This document shows positions 26,317 through 38,953 of a stretch of DNA of 64,000 nt, one piece after another (position 1 is the first letter of the stretch; each line of letters starts with the position of its first letter). This DNA comes from Nannocystales bacterium. Its GTDB lineage: Bacteria; Myxococcota_A; Polyangia; Nannocystales; Nannocystaceae. The DNA is taken from contig JBBQJI010000013.1 of assembly GCA_038325765.1 (NCBI GenBank), positions 66,522 to 130,521 of the forward strand. The letters are read 5' to 3'. A program made the translations under genes and the position numbers. The notes below the pieces were generated by a model. The model did not search any database, was not told where the DNA came from, and saw nothing but the letters and a program-made list of their open reading frames with translations.

Positions 26317-27117
26317 GTGGGCGGCGCGGCGTCATCGATCATCGTGGGCATCGCCGGGCTCGGCAGCGCGCTGCACGAGTGGGCGTCGCGTGTGCCCCTG
26401 GCTTTCGCCGCCGCCGCGCCGGCGTTGGCGGTGCTCATCGCGGTCGACCGCTTCGACCGCCGTGGTGGCGAGCCGCGGTGGTTACTCCGTCGCGCCGCGG
26501 CGTTGGGTGCCGCCGTCGTGCTCCCGGTGCTCGCCGTCGAGCTGCTCCTCGCCCTGGTCGGGATGCCGGTGCGCGGCACGAACGCGTGGTCGCTCGCGCT
26601 GTCGAGCCTGGTCCTCGTGGCGATCCCCGAGGAGCTAGGCAAGGCCGCCTGCCTGGCGTGGCTGCTCGCGCGTCGCCTCGAGTTCGAGCGCTACGCAGAC
26701 GGCGCCCGCTACGGCGCGCGCGTGGGCCTGGGCTTCGCGGTGGTGGAGAATCTCTACTACGGTCTGCTGCCCGGCGACCCCGCTTCGATCGGGGCGCTCG
26801 TCGCGGGCCGCGCCATCCTCACGGTGCCGATGCACGCGGTGTGGGGTGCGATCATCGGCGACGCCATGGCGCGTCGGCGGCTCGGCGGCGGCGGACACGG
26901 GCTCGTGGGCGGCCTGACGACGGCGGCGGCGGGCCACGCCGCGTTCGACTTCGGCCTGGCCGTCGCCGGACTCGCGCAGCTCCGCGGCGATGCGCCGGGG
27001 TATCTGGCCGCGATCACGCTCGTCCTCGGCGTGGCCGCGGCCAGCGTGCTCGCGCTGCGTCGGCGGCTGCGGGCGGCGGCAGGGCGCGACGCCGATACGG
27101 CCGACCGCGCCCGGTGA
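26317..27117 (+). CDS. PrsW-family intramembrane metalloprotease
   Basis: Multi-TM protein with IPEELGKAAC, GFAVVENLYY and MHAVWGAIIGDA motifs, which are characteristic of PrsW. Confidence 0.75.
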   Translation: MGGAASSIIVGIAGLGSALHEWASRVPLAFAAAAPALAVLIAVDRFDRRGGEPRWLLRRAAALGAAVVLPVLAVELLLALVGMPVRGTNAWSLALSSLVLVAIPEELGKAACLAWLLARRLEFERYADGARYGARVGLGFAVVENLYYGLLPGDPASIGALVAGRAILTVPMHAVWGAIIGDAMARRRLGGGGHGLVGGLTTAAAGHAAFDFGLAVAGLAQLRGDAPGYLAAITLVLGVAAASVLALRRRLRAAAGRDADTADRAR

Positions 27118-27141
27118 CCCCGAGGCGGCGCAACGTCGGCT

Positions 27142-30009
<2,868 letters not shown>

Positions 30010-30078
30010 CGAACCCAGCGCGTTCCCCGGGGTGCCATCGCACCGGGCGACAGGCCCGCGTTCGCCCCCCCGAGCGAA

Positions 30079-31353
30079 TCAGAACATCTCGCGGACCCAC
30101 GCGCCGAAGCGGCGGGCGATGCCGGGCCCCTCGTCCTTCATGCGCCGCGGCGGCTCCGCGCGGACCGGTTCGTGGCCGGCGCCATAGAGCACGAGGCCGA
30201 GGCCAGTGGCGAACTTGGGGTCGGCGATCACGGCCGCGAAGCCGCCCTCCGCGAGGCGCACGTGGGGATGGCTGCGGTTGCCGGCGGTGGCCGTCGGCAC
30301 GCCGCGGCGCACCGGCATCTGGAAGATGTCCTCGGCGATCTCGAGCATGCCGTCCATCATCGCGGCGCCGCCGGTGAGCACCAGGCCCGACGCGGCGAGA
30401 TCGGCCGCGCCGCTGGCGAGCAGCTCTTGCTGCGCCATCAAGAAGATCTCCTCGACGCGCGGCTCGATCACCTCGGCCAGGAATCGGCGCTTGAACGATC
30501 GCGGCGGCCGCGGCCCGACGCCCGGCACCTCGATCTCCTCGTCGTCCTGGACCATGCTGATGAGCGCGCAGCCGTGCTTGCGCTTGAGCGCCTCGGCCTC
30601 GGGTACGCTGGTGCGCAGACCATGGGCGACGTCCTGGGTGATGCGATGCCCGCCCAACACGATCACCGAGGTGAAGACGTTGCTGCCCTCGTGATAGACG
30701 GCGATGTCGGTGGTGCCGCCGCCGATGTCGATCATCACGACGCCCAGATCGCGCTCGTCCTCGTGCAGCACCGCGAGCGCGCTCGCGAGGGGCTCGATCA
30801 CGACCTCGACCACGTCGAGCGAGGCCCGGTTGCAGCACTTGACGATGTTCTGCACGCTGGTGACGGCGGCGGTGATGACGTGAGCACGGACCTCCATGCG
30901 CACGCCGTTCATCCCGATCGGATCGCGGATCTGCCCCTGGCCGTCGATGATGTACTCGAGCGGGACGGTGTGGATGATCTGGCGATCGAGGGGGATGTTG
31001 ACGGCCTTGGCCTGCTCGATGACGCGGGCGACGTCGATCTCCTCGACCTCGCGTGAGCGCATGCTGACCTGGCCGTTGCTGTTGAAACCACGGATGTGGC
31101 CGCCGGCGATCCCGACATACACCGACTGCACGTCGGCCGCGGCCATCTGCTCGGCCTCTTGGATCGCGGCCTGGATGCTGGCGGTCGTCGCCTCGATGTT
31201 GACGACCACGCCCTGACGGAGGCCTTCGGACGGGCTGGTGCCCACGCCGAGGATCTCCACGCCGTTGGGCGTGACCTCACCGATGATCGCGGCGACCTTG
31301 GTGGTGCCGATATCGAGGCCACAGATGACTTCTCCTACCTCCGCCATGTTCAA
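30079..31353 (-). CDS. ftsA: Cell division protein FtsA
   Basis: Actin-like ATPase motifs GLDIGTTKV, DIGGGTTD and VLTGGAAM. C-terminal amphipathic tail. Confidence 0.92.
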   Translation of the reverse strand: MNMAEVGEVICGLDIGTTKVAAIIGEVTPNGVEILGVGTSPSEGLRQGVVVNIEATTASIQAAIQEAEQMAAADVQSVYVGIAGGHIRGFNSNGQVSMRSREVEEIDVARVIEQAKAVNIPLDRQIIHTVPLEYIIDGQGQIRDPIGMNGVRMEVRAHVITAAVTSVQNIVKCCNRASLDVVEVVIEPLASALAVLHEDERDLGVVMIDIGGGTTDIAVYHEGSNVFTSVIVLGGHRITQDVAHGLRTSVPEAEALKRKHGCALISMVQDDEEIEVPGVGPRPPRSFKRRFLAEVIEPRVEEIFLMAQQELLASGAADLAASGLVLTGGAAMMDGMLEIAEDIFQMPVRRGVPTATAGNRSHPHVRLAEGGFAAVIADPKFATGLGLVLYGAGHEPVRAEPPRRMKDEGPGIARRFGAWVREMF

Positions 31354-31361
31354 TCGCTCCG

Positions 31362-32420
31362 TCAGTGATGCCGGGGGATCCGTGGCGCGCGCTTGCGTGC
31401 GGCGACCTTCGGTTTCTCGTGGGATTCGTCGGCCGGCTGTACCTCGAGGGCGCCCATCGCCGCGCGCTCGTGGGCGTCGACGACGATCTGGGGCACGTCC
31501 TTGGCCGGGAAGAAGCTCGCGACCACGCGCTCGGGGCGGTCGGTCGTGGCGTCGCCGTCGAGGTGGGCGACCGCGAGCTTGTCGGATTCCTCGCCGAGCG
31601 CCGCGCGCAGGGCGTCGAAGCGGTCCATCGCGACATGCACGTCGCCACGACCCACCCGCAGCTGGGAGCCGACGTTCGCGGTGTACAGCGTGAGGCCATT
31701 GGCGCCGTCGACGTGGACCTCGGACAGCAGCGGGCGCCGCTTCTCGGCGTAGACGGTGATGGCCTCGAGCGCGCGGGCGATGCGGCGACGGGCGCCCTCG
31801 GGATCCGCGACGAGATCGGTGGCGTCGACGCCGGTCACGACCGGCAGCTGGCCACGCTCGCCGGACTCGAGGCGCTTGAACGGCTCGCCCTGGGCGTCGA
31901 CGAGCAGCATGGTGCCGGCGGCGAGGACGGCGACGGGCACGTGTTCATCGATGTCGACGCGCAGCGCGTCGGGCAGCTGGCGGTTGACCACCGCGTGGGA
32001 GACCCACGGGTCGGTGGTCACGCGGGCCGCGAGCTCGTCGAGCTGCAGCGCCAGGATGTTGGTGCCCGGCGCCAGCGACAACAGCTCGCGCAGCCGGGCC
32101 TCGTCGACGTGGGCGGTGGCGCGGAACTCGAGGGCGCGGACCTCGAAGCGCGGCGACGTCGTCGCGTAGGCGTAGCCCTCGCGCACGCCGACCAGCACAC
32201 CGTAGGCGAGGCCGACGCAGAGACCGATGCGCAAGGTGGCGCGCACTCCAGCGCGGGCGACGCGGTGCAGCCCCGATCCGCCGCCGCTGCCGGGCGCCCG
32301 AGCGGCGGTCGCAGAGCGCTCGCCGACGATCTCCGGCGCGCGGCGCGGCTTGCCGCCACGTCGCACATTGCCGGCCGCCCTGGTGCGCTTGCTGGTGGCG
32401 GTGGTGCTGCGGGACTTCAT
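31362..32420 (-). CDS. ftsQ: Cell division protein FtsQ (POTRA domain)
   Basis: ATG at 32420 (MKSRST). Basic cytoplasmic N-terminus, TM helix IGLCVGLAYGVLVGV, and POTRA segment FEVRALEFRATAHVDEARLRELL...VVNRQLPDALRVDIDE. It lies immediately upstream of ftsA. Confidence 0.8.
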   Translation of the reverse strand: MKSRSTTATSKRTRAAGNVRRGGKPRRAPEIVGERSATAARAPGSGGGSGLHRVARAGVRATLRIGLCVGLAYGVLVGVREGYAYATTSPRFEVRALEFRATAHVDEARLRELLSLAPGTNILALQLDELAARVTTDPWVSHAVVNRQLPDALRVDIDEHVPVAVLAAGTMLLVDAQGEPFKRLESGERGQLPVVTGVDATDLVADPEGARRRIARALEAITVYAEKRRPLLSEVHVDGANGLTLYTANVGSQLRVGRGDVHVAMDRFDALRAALGEESDKLAVAHLDGDATTDRPERVVASFFPAKDVPQIVVDAHERAAMGALEVQPADESHEKPKVAARKRAPRIPRHH

Positions 32421-32540
32421 GCGACGGATGACCGCGGATACGCGGGTATCTTCGCAATACCCTGGCCGTGGTGAGCTACGCAAAAAACCGGGCGCGGATG
32501 GCATCGCGCTGACCACTGGAACGCCAGCGCGCGCCGAGCG

Positions 32541-32578
32541 ACGAACCAAAGACGAAAGGCGGCACCAAGCCGCCTTCC
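32541..32578 (-). terminator. Intrinsic terminator-like hairpin about 50 nt downstream of ftsZ
   Basis: The minus strand reads GGAAGGCGGC-ttggt-GCCGCCTTTC followed by GTCTTTGGTT. This is an 8-9 bp GC stem, a 5-nt loop and a U-rich trail. Confidence 0.6.
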
Positions 32579-32628
32579 GCCACCGTTGCTCGTCACTGAT
32601 TGAAGGTCAGTCCAAGGGGCAAATCGAT

Positions 32629-34014
32629 TCAGCGCGCAAAGCCATTGTTCTCGTCGCGGCGGCGCAGGAACGCCGGGATCTCGGAGGGGTCGGAGGACAT
32701 GTCGGGACGCGTCTCGGCGCGCGGCTCGGGACGTACCTCGGTGCGGGTGTCGGGACCACGCCCGCGGCCGCTGGTCTGGTGCTGGCCATGGGTTTGGCTG
32801 GCCGACGCCGGGGGACCGGAGGGCCCGCGGAGCATCGACGGAGGAATCGACGCCTGCTGCGGACGGCTCGGTGCCTGCAACTGCGCGCCGGAGAACAGCC
32901 CCGGCTGACGGCCATTGCCGAGGGTTCCCTGGGTCACGATGTCCTTGCGATTGCCGGGGCCGACGGTGCCGACCGCGACCATCTGCGACTGGCGACGCCG
33001 CGCGCCGCTGTGGCTGCGGATCGCCTCTTCGAGATCCTCGTGCGCGGGCACGTGCTGATCGAAGCCGGTCGCGATCACGGTGATGCGCAGGGCATCGCCC
33101 ATGTGCTCGTCGATGACCGCACCGAAGATGATGTTGCAGTCCTCGTGCGCGGCCTCTTGGATCAGGGACGCGGCCTCTTCGACCTCGTGGAGCTTGAGGT
33201 CGGGACCGGCGGTGATGTTGATGAGGATGCCCTTGGCGCCCTGGATGGTGACATCCTCGAGCAGCGGGCTGTTGATCGCCTGCTGGGCGGCCGCGAGCGC
33301 GCGGCCCTCTTCGGTGGCGAAGCCCATGCCCATCAGCGCGCGGCCCTGGCCCGACATGATGGTTCGGACGTCCGCGAAATCGACGTTGATGATGCCCGGG
33401 ATCGTGATGAGATCCGAGACGCCCTGGGTGGCGTGCTGCAGGACCTCGTCGCACAGCTTGAAGCTGTCGAGCAGGCTCGTCGACGTGCTGGTGACGTCGA
33501 GCAGGCGATCGTTGGGGATCGTGATGAGGGTGTCGACGGCGCGCTCGAGGGCGGCGATGCCCTCCTCGCCGATGCGGAGGCGGCGACGGCCCTCGAAGCG
33601 AAACGGCTTGGTGACGACGCCGACGCACAGGGCGCCGCACTCGCGGGCGACCTGGGCCACGATCGGCGCGGCACCGGTGCCGGTGCCGCCGCCCATGCCG
33701 GCGGTGACGAAGACCATGTCGGCACCGCGCAGCACCTCGGTGAGCTCGGCGATGCTCTCGAGCGCAGCTTCGCGTCCGCGCTCGGGGTTCGCACCGGCAC
33801 CGAGCCCGCGGGTGATGGCCCCGCCGAGCTGGATGCGCACGGGCGCCCGGCTCTTCTCCAGCGCCTGGACGTCGGTGTTGGCGGCGATGAACTCGACGCC
33901 CTCGACCCCGTGGCCGATCATCGTGTTGATCGCGTTGCCGCCGGCGCCCCCCACACCGATCACCTTGATCTTCGCGTGGTCCGGGAACGCTTCCTCGAGT
34001 TCGAAGTACGCCAT
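32629..34014 (-). CDS. ftsZ: Cell division GTPase FtsZ
   Basis: [11 protein letters not shown], the tubulin signature [17 protein letters not shown], a disordered linker, and a C-terminal peptide DIPAFLRR-like segment ([11 protein letters not shown]). Confidence 0.97.
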   Translation of the reverse strand: MAYFELEEAFPDHAKIKVIGVGGAGGNAINTMIGHGVEGVEFIAANTDVQALEKSRAPVRIQLGGAITRGLGAGANPERGREAALESIAELTEVLRGADMVFVTAGMGGGTGTGAAPIVAQVARECGALCVGVVTKPFRFEGRRRLRIGEEGIAALERAVDTLITIPNDRLLDVTSTSTSLLDSFKLCDEVLQHATQGVSDLITIPGIINVDFADVRTIMSGQGRALMGMGFATEEGRALAAAQQAINSPLLEDVTIQGAKGILINITAGPDLKLHEVEEAASLIQEAAHEDCNIIFGAVIDEHMGDALRITVIATGFDQHVPAHEDLEEAIRSHSGARRRQSQMVAVGTVGPGNRKDIVTQGTLGNGRQPGLFSGAQLQAPSRPQQASIPPSMLRGPSGPPASASQTHGQHQTSGRGRGPDTRTEVRPEPRAETRPDMSSDPSEIPAFLRRRDENNGFAR

Positions 34015-34187
34015 GGCGAGTTGTTGCCTTCCCCCCGGCGCGGACGGGCCCAGTGGGGCCTCCGTGCGAGGTACGCTTCGATCGCCTTACACGGCCGGAT
34101 CGGGGCCGGCAAGAAAACCGCAAAGCTGGGGTGCGGACCGCAGCCCCGCGGGGCGCGCGCGGCCGGGGCGGGGCGGGCTCGTCCGAC

Positions 34188-34985
34188 TCACGTCGGCGCG
34201 GCCCGGGCCCAGGCCGCCGTCGCCGCGTCGATGGGGTAGTAGGTCTCGATCCGCAGCTCGTGCGCCGTCACGTCGACCGGCGTGCCCAGGGTCGCCAACG
34301 TGGTGAAAAACCGCAGCTCGAGCGCGCCGCGACGCAGGTGGACCGGCACCAGCAAGCGCGGCGCGGTGACGACGAGTTCCCGCGGCGCGGGCAGCGGACC
34401 ATACGCGGCCAAGGAATCGAGCAACTGAGCACCGGCACCGGATGAATCCCCCAGTCCCTCGGAGCGCAGCCGGCCGAGCACCGCGCCCGCGACCTCGTTC
34501 CAGTTGACGATCGATGGCCGGAATCCGCCGGGGTGGAAGAGCATGTGCATCGCGTTGTTGCCGATCGCCGCGAGGGCCTGCGGGTCGTCCACGAAGGCCG
34601 CGATGACGCGGCGGGCCCCGGCGTTGGTCGCGAGCACGCTCCAACGGGGGTCGACGACCAACGCCGGGAATGGATCGTGATGGTCGAGGATCAGATCGAG
34701 CAGGCGCCGCAGCTCGCCCATCTGCGGCGCCGCGAGGGCCTCGTCGCGGAACACGGGCGCGAAGCCGGCGGCCAGCAGCCAGCGGTTGCGCTCGCGCAGC
34801 GGCACGTCGAGCGTCGACGCGAGCAGCAGCACCATCTCGCGACTGGGCACCGACTTGCCGGTCTCGACGCAGCTGAGGTGCCGCGTCGACACCAGCGCGC
34901 GCTCGGCCAGCGCGAGCTGTGACAGGCCCCGGCTGCGTCGCCAGTGCCGGACCAGGTGCCCGACGGGCTCGGTGGTCAGTGGCAT
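34188..34985 (-). CDS. MmyB-like XRE-family transcriptional regulator
   Basis: The N-terminal HTH is LVRHWRRSRGLSQLALAERALVSTRHLSCVETGKSVPS, followed by an MmyB-type ligand-binding region (ERNRWLLAAGFAPVF...). Confidence 0.8.
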   Translation of the reverse strand: MPLTTEPVGHLVRHWRRSRGLSQLALAERALVSTRHLSCVETGKSVPSREMVLLLASTLDVPLRERNRWLLAAGFAPVFRDEALAAPQMGELRRLLDLILDHHDPFPALVVDPRWSVLATNAGARRVIAAFVDDPQALAAIGNNAMHMLFHPGGFRPSIVNWNEVAGAVLGRLRSEGLGDSSGAGAQLLDSLAAYGPLPAPRELVVTAPRLLVPVHLRRGALELRFFTTLATLGTPVDVTAHELRIETYYPIDAATAAWARAAPT

Positions 34986-35121
34986 GGCCGCGAGCGTACG
35001 GCGAAAGTATTCGCTGCGGCATGACGTGCGAGGTCATGGCGGGAGGGCGGGGCCGCGGACACGCTGCGTTCAACGGAGCGCTGGCGCCGTCGCGCCGGAT
35101 TCATCTCCGAGGAGCTCGCCC

Positions 35122-35415
35122 ATGACCCTCCGTCTCCCTGCCCTGCTCGTGCTCGTGCCGTTTGCTGCCTACTCGGTCTGGGTGGCCGCCACCCATGGTC
35201 CGCTGGGGTTTCTCGGACTCGCGGGTCGCGAGCCGTGGGCTATGCAGATGCTCGTCGATCTCGTGATCGCGTTCGTGTTCACCGGCGGATGGCTGCTCGG
35301 CGACGCGCGTCGTCGCGGTCGCACTGCGTGGCCGTTCGTCGTTGGATTGGCGCTTTTCGGGTCGATCTCGGCCTTGGTCTACGTGGTGACAGGGCGATCT
35401 CGGGCGGGCCGATGA
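35122..35415 (+). CDS. Small membrane protein with three predicted TM helices (DUF2834/DUF1475-like?)
   Basis: ATG at 35122. Helices LPALLVLVPFAAYSVWVAA, MLVDLVIAFVFTGGWLLG and FVVGLALFGSISALVYVV. It is divergent from the MmyB-like regulator. Confidence 0.55.
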   Translation: MTLRLPALLVLVPFAAYSVWVAATHGPLGFLGLAGREPWAMQMLVDLVIAFVFTGGWLLGDARRRGRTAWPFVVGLALFGSISALVYVVTGRSRAGR

Positions 35416-35475
35416 CGCTGCGCCGGACCCCGTGACGCCCGGGTCCCGCAGGGCTATCGTGCATGCGAGTTCCGC

Positions 35476-36009
35476 GTGACGACCAGCCCGCCGCCACCGC
35501 CCGAGATCCTTGCCATCACCCGGCCCCACCCCAAGCTGTGGACGCTGTACATCCTCCGCGCGCTCCTGACCGGGCCGGCGTTCCCCATCGTCGCGGTCAT
35601 CTTGTACTTCCGCTACTACACCATGCGCTTCCACTTCGATGCGCAGGGGGTGCACATGCGGTGGGGAATCCTGTTCCGCCACGAAGTCAACCTGACCTAC
35701 CGCCGCGTCCAGGACATCCATCTGCGCTCGGGGTTGTTCCAGCGCTGGCTCGGGCTGGCCGACGTGCTGGTGCAGACGGCGTCGGGATCGGCGAGCGCCG
35801 AGATGACCCTCGAGGGGCTGGTCGAGTACGCCCAGGTGCGCGACTTCCTCTACGCGCGCATGCGGGGCCACGTCGAGGGCGATGGCACACCGGGCGCGCC
35901 GCCGCTCGTCGCCGCGCTGCACCAGGTCACCCGCGAGCTCGCGGCGGTGCGCGTGGCCCTCGACCGTCTCGCCGCCGACCCCCGCCGCGCCCCGGCGAGC
36001 AGGGGCTGA
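35476..36009 (+). CDS. Bacterial PH-domain (bPH_2) membrane protein, YdbS-like
   Basis: Two TM helices followed by RFHFDAQGVHMRWGILFRHEVNLTYRRVQDIHLRSGLFQRWLGLADVLVQTAS, a typical bPH_2 core. Confidence 0.75.
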   Translation: MTTSPPPPPEILAITRPHPKLWTLYILRALLTGPAFPIVAVILYFRYYTMRFHFDAQGVHMRWGILFRHEVNLTYRRVQDIHLRSGLFQRWLGLADVLVQTASGSASAEMTLEGLVEYAQVRDFLYARMRGHVEGDGTPGAPPLVAALHQVTRELAAVRVALDRLAADPRRAPASRG

Positions 36010-36014
36010 CGCCG

Positions 36015-36758
36015 ATGTGGAATCGCTTCGTCACGCTGCTCTCCGAGGTCTGCGCAACGCCCGATCCGCCGCGCGCACGCACGGGTGCCTCGGTGTTCCG
36101 GGCCGCGCCCGCCTACCTCCGCTACCGCCTCACCCTGTGGCTGTTGCGGCGCCTCGCGGTCCTCGCCCCCATCGTGGCATCCGCCATCGTGTTCGAGACC
36201 GAGGCCCGCAGCGCCCTCGGGGTCTCGGACTTCGTCGCCGCCATCGTGCACGTCGTCGAGGGCTCCGCCGCCCTGGCGTGGCTGGCGAGCATGCCGGTCG
36301 GCTACGCGCTGGTACGGCTCGACTACGAGCAGCGCTGGTACGTCGTCACCGACCGCAGCCTGTTCATCCGCGAGGGCGTCACCCTGGTGCGCGAGATGAC
36401 GCTGACGTTCGCCAACGTGCAGAACGTGACGGTCGAACAGGGGCCGCTGCAGCGGATCTTCGCCGTCGCGGATCTGCGGGTGCAGACCGCCGGTGGTGGC
36501 GGCACCGAGGCGCCAGGGCAACCCTCGATGCACACCGGCTTTCTCCGCGGCCTCGATGACGCGGCGACACTGCGGACCTTGATCATGGCGCGGCTCCGGC
36601 TGGGGGCCGACGCGGGCCTCGGCGATCCCGACGATACCAGCACCCCTGCGATCGACGCCGCCCTGGGCGATCTGCTCTCACAGGCCCGGGCGCTCGGCGC
36701 CAGCGCGCGCCGGATCATCGCGGACGCCCACGACGCCGCGGCGCTGCCCCCCGCTTGA
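36015..36758 (+). CDS. Bacterial PH-domain (bPH_2) membrane protein, YdbT-like
   Basis: ATG at 36015, 5 nt after the ydbS-like stop. Core: RWYVVTDRSLFIREGVTLVREMTLTFANVQNVTVEQGPLQRIFAVADLRVQTAGG. Confidence 0.7.
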   Translation: MWNRFVTLLSEVCATPDPPRARTGASVFRAAPAYLRYRLTLWLLRRLAVLAPIVASAIVFETEARSALGVSDFVAAIVHVVEGSAALAWLASMPVGYALVRLDYEQRWYVVTDRSLFIREGVTLVREMTLTFANVQNVTVEQGPLQRIFAVADLRVQTAGGGGTEAPGQPSMHTGFLRGLDDAATLRTLIMARLRLGADAGLGDPDDTSTPAIDAALGDLLSQARALGASARRIIADAHDAAALPPA

Positions 36759-36779
36759 TCGGCCGCGCGGCCGGCCCCC

Positions 36780-38087
36780 TCACCGTGGCCCTACGCAGAT
36801 CGGCACCCCGCCGCTGGGCGCCATCGTCACGCTGCGCCGCACAGGCACGGGCGGCCGCGCGTCGAGCAGCGCGATGCGGTGGCGCGCGAGCGCAACCCCG
36901 AGCACGATCTTCATCTCGAAGGTGGCGAACGCGGCCCCGATGCAGCGGCGGTGACCGCCACCGAACGGCAGGTACTCGAACGGCGAGAAGCGGCGCTCGA
37001 GGAAGCGCGTGGGCACGAAGCGCTCGGGCTCGGGGTACAGCTCCTCGCGACGGTGGGCGAGCAGCGCGCTGGCCGACACGCCCGTGCCCGCCGGGACCTC
37101 GAACGCGCCGAGCTGCAGCGGCGCCCGCAGCACCCGCAACACCTCGGTCACCACCGGGTACAGTCGCATCGCCTCCTTGCACACGGCATCGAGGTACTCG
37201 AGCTTCGCTAGCGCCTCGCCGCCGGGATCCGGGCCCAACGCGTCGATCTCGGCCTGCGCACGCGCGAGGGTTTCGGGGCTTCGGTGCAGCAGCTCGATCA
37301 CCCAGGCGATCGTGATCGCGGTGGTCTCGTGGCCCGCGAACAGCATGGTCCGCAGCTCGTCGCGGATCGACGCGTCGGCCATCGCCTCGCCGTCGTCGTA
37401 CCGCGACTGCACGAGCAGACTGCACACGTCGGCGCCCGGGTTGTGTCGCGCCGCGTCGATCTGCGCCTGCAGGAGGGCGTCGACGGCGACGAAGCGGCGG
37501 CGGAACCGCGCCCATGGACCGACGCCACCGAGCTCGCGCTGCAAAAACGGCATGAAGAACATCAGCGGCGACGAGGCCTCGACCATCTCGACCACCGCCC
37601 GCTGCAGCCTCGCCGCGCTGGCGTCGTCGCGGGCCCCGAAGATCGCCCGGGTGATCACCTCGAGCGAGATGCCCTGCGCGAGCTCGAGGGCGCTCACCCG
37701 CGGCGCATCGACCACTGCACCGAAGCGGCGGCGCGCCACGTCGACGATGCCGTCGGCGTACGCGCGCATGCGATCGCCGTGCATCGGCGGCATCAGCAGC
37801 TTGCGCTCGCGGGTGTGCGGTGCGCCCTCGAGCATGAAGATCGAGCGCTGCCCGAGCATGGGACCGAGGGCGTCGACCGCCCACGGGCCGAAGATCTCCG
37901 GATCGGCGCCGAAGATGACCTTGATGAGCGCGGGGTCGCCGGTGAGGACGACCGTGCCGTTGACCGTCGGGATCGTGAATGGATCGCCGTAGCGCGACGA
38001 CCACCGCGGGAAGTCGCGGAACGGTGAGCGCAGCACGCGGTAGGTGCTGCGCAGCACGCCGGATGGACCGGGAGGGAGTTGGACCAT
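36780..38087 (-). CDS. Cytochrome P450
   Basis: Heme loop FGGGHRRCIGAAFA, I-helix FAGHETT, ExxR (ELYPEPERF region). Start taken at ATG 38087 (MVQLPPGP); the alternative is 38138. Confidence 0.9.
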   Translation of the reverse strand: MVQLPPGPSGVLRSTYRVLRSPFRDFPRWSSRYGDPFTIPTVNGTVVLTGDPALIKVIFGADPEIFGPWAVDALGPMLGQRSIFMLEGAPHTRERKLLMPPMHGDRMRAYADGIVDVARRRFGAVVDAPRVSALELAQGISLEVITRAIFGARDDASAARLQRAVVEMVEASSPLMFFMPFLQRELGGVGPWARFRRRFVAVDALLQAQIDAARHNPGADVCSLLVQSRYDDGEAMADASIRDELRTMLFAGHETTAITIAWVIELLHRSPETLARAQAEIDALGPDPGGEALAKLEYLDAVCKEAMRLYPVVTEVLRVLRAPLQLGAFEVPAGTGVSASALLAHRREELYPEPERFVPTRFLERRFSPFEYLPFGGGHRRCIGAAFATFEMKIVLGVALARHRIALLDARPPVPVRRSVTMAPSGGVPICVGPR

Positions 38088-38218
38088 GCTGATCACACGA
38101 GCGAGGCGCCGAGCACCGAGCCCGACGCGGAGGCCCACGACGTCCCGTGGGCGAGGATCCAGCCGCGGCTGGGATGGGACACGGCAAGGGCGCGACAGTG
38201 GGGACGGTTCATGGGCTC

Positions 38219-38255
38219 CTATCGTTCGATAGTCCTATGAACTATCGAACGATAG
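38219..38255. promoter_or_regulatory. Dual 14-bp operator-like inverted repeat in the P450/TetR divergent region
   Basis: CTATCGTTCGATAG (38219-38232), a 9-bp spacer, then CTATCGAACGATAG (38242-38255). The second is the exact reverse complement of the first, and each is itself near-palindromic. An AT-rich patch follows. Confidence 0.65.
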
Positions 38256-38317
38256 TGTCGAGCAAACCCGCCCGGATCCTGGAATTTTTCCTTTGAAATC
38301 ATGTAGATTGAATTTGG

Positions 38318-38953
38318 ATGGCGCGATCCCCGACACCCGCGACGGCCGAACGCGTCAACCCCGCGGTTCGCCGTCGCGAGGTGCTCGAGGCCGCCCTCGA
38401 GCTTCTCGCCGAGCACGGCTACGCCGGCGCGTCGCTGCGCAAGCTCGCCGCGAAGCTGGGGATCCAGCAGCCGAGTCTCTATCACTACTTCACGAGCAAG
38501 CAGGATCTCGTCGAGCAGGTGCTCGCGACGTTCGCCGACGACATGCTGACCGCCTCGACATCGGCACCCCCCGAGCGGATCGAGGACGCCCCGCGGTGGA
38601 TCCGCGACATCGTCGTGGCGATGTACGAACGCCGCACCCACCCGCTGTTCGTACGCGTGATGTTCGCGGTGGCGCGCATCGACCCCCGCTACAGCAAGAT
38701 GCTGCGCGAGCTCTTCGTGGATCGCACCGAGATGGCGATGCGCATGTTCGCCAAGCCCTTCGTCGATCGCGGCGAGATCGAGGAGTCGGTGGCAATCTAC
38801 AGCGCCCGCATGACCATCAACGCCATCGCCCTCACGTTGATGGAGGAGAAGGTGCTGTTCGAAGACCGGGCTCTGCGACCCGAGGTGCTCGCGTACATCG
38901 ACTACGTGGTCGAGGCGATGCGGGCGCACGTGATCCGCAATCGCCTGCGCTGA
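38318..38953 (+). CDS. TetR-family transcriptional regulator
   Basis: The HTH is RREVLEAALELLAEHGYAGASLRKLAAKLGIQQPSLYHYFTSKQDL. It is divergent from the P450 gene. Confidence 0.9.
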   Translation: MARSPTPATAERVNPAVRRREVLEAALELLAEHGYAGASLRKLAAKLGIQQPSLYHYFTSKQDLVEQVLATFADDMLTASTSAPPERIEDAPRWIRDIVVAMYERRTHPLFVRVMFAVARIDPRYSKMLRELFVDRTEMAMRMFAKPFVDRGEIEESVAIYSARMTINAIALTLMEEKVLFEDRALRPEVLAYIDYVVEAMRAHVIRNRLR

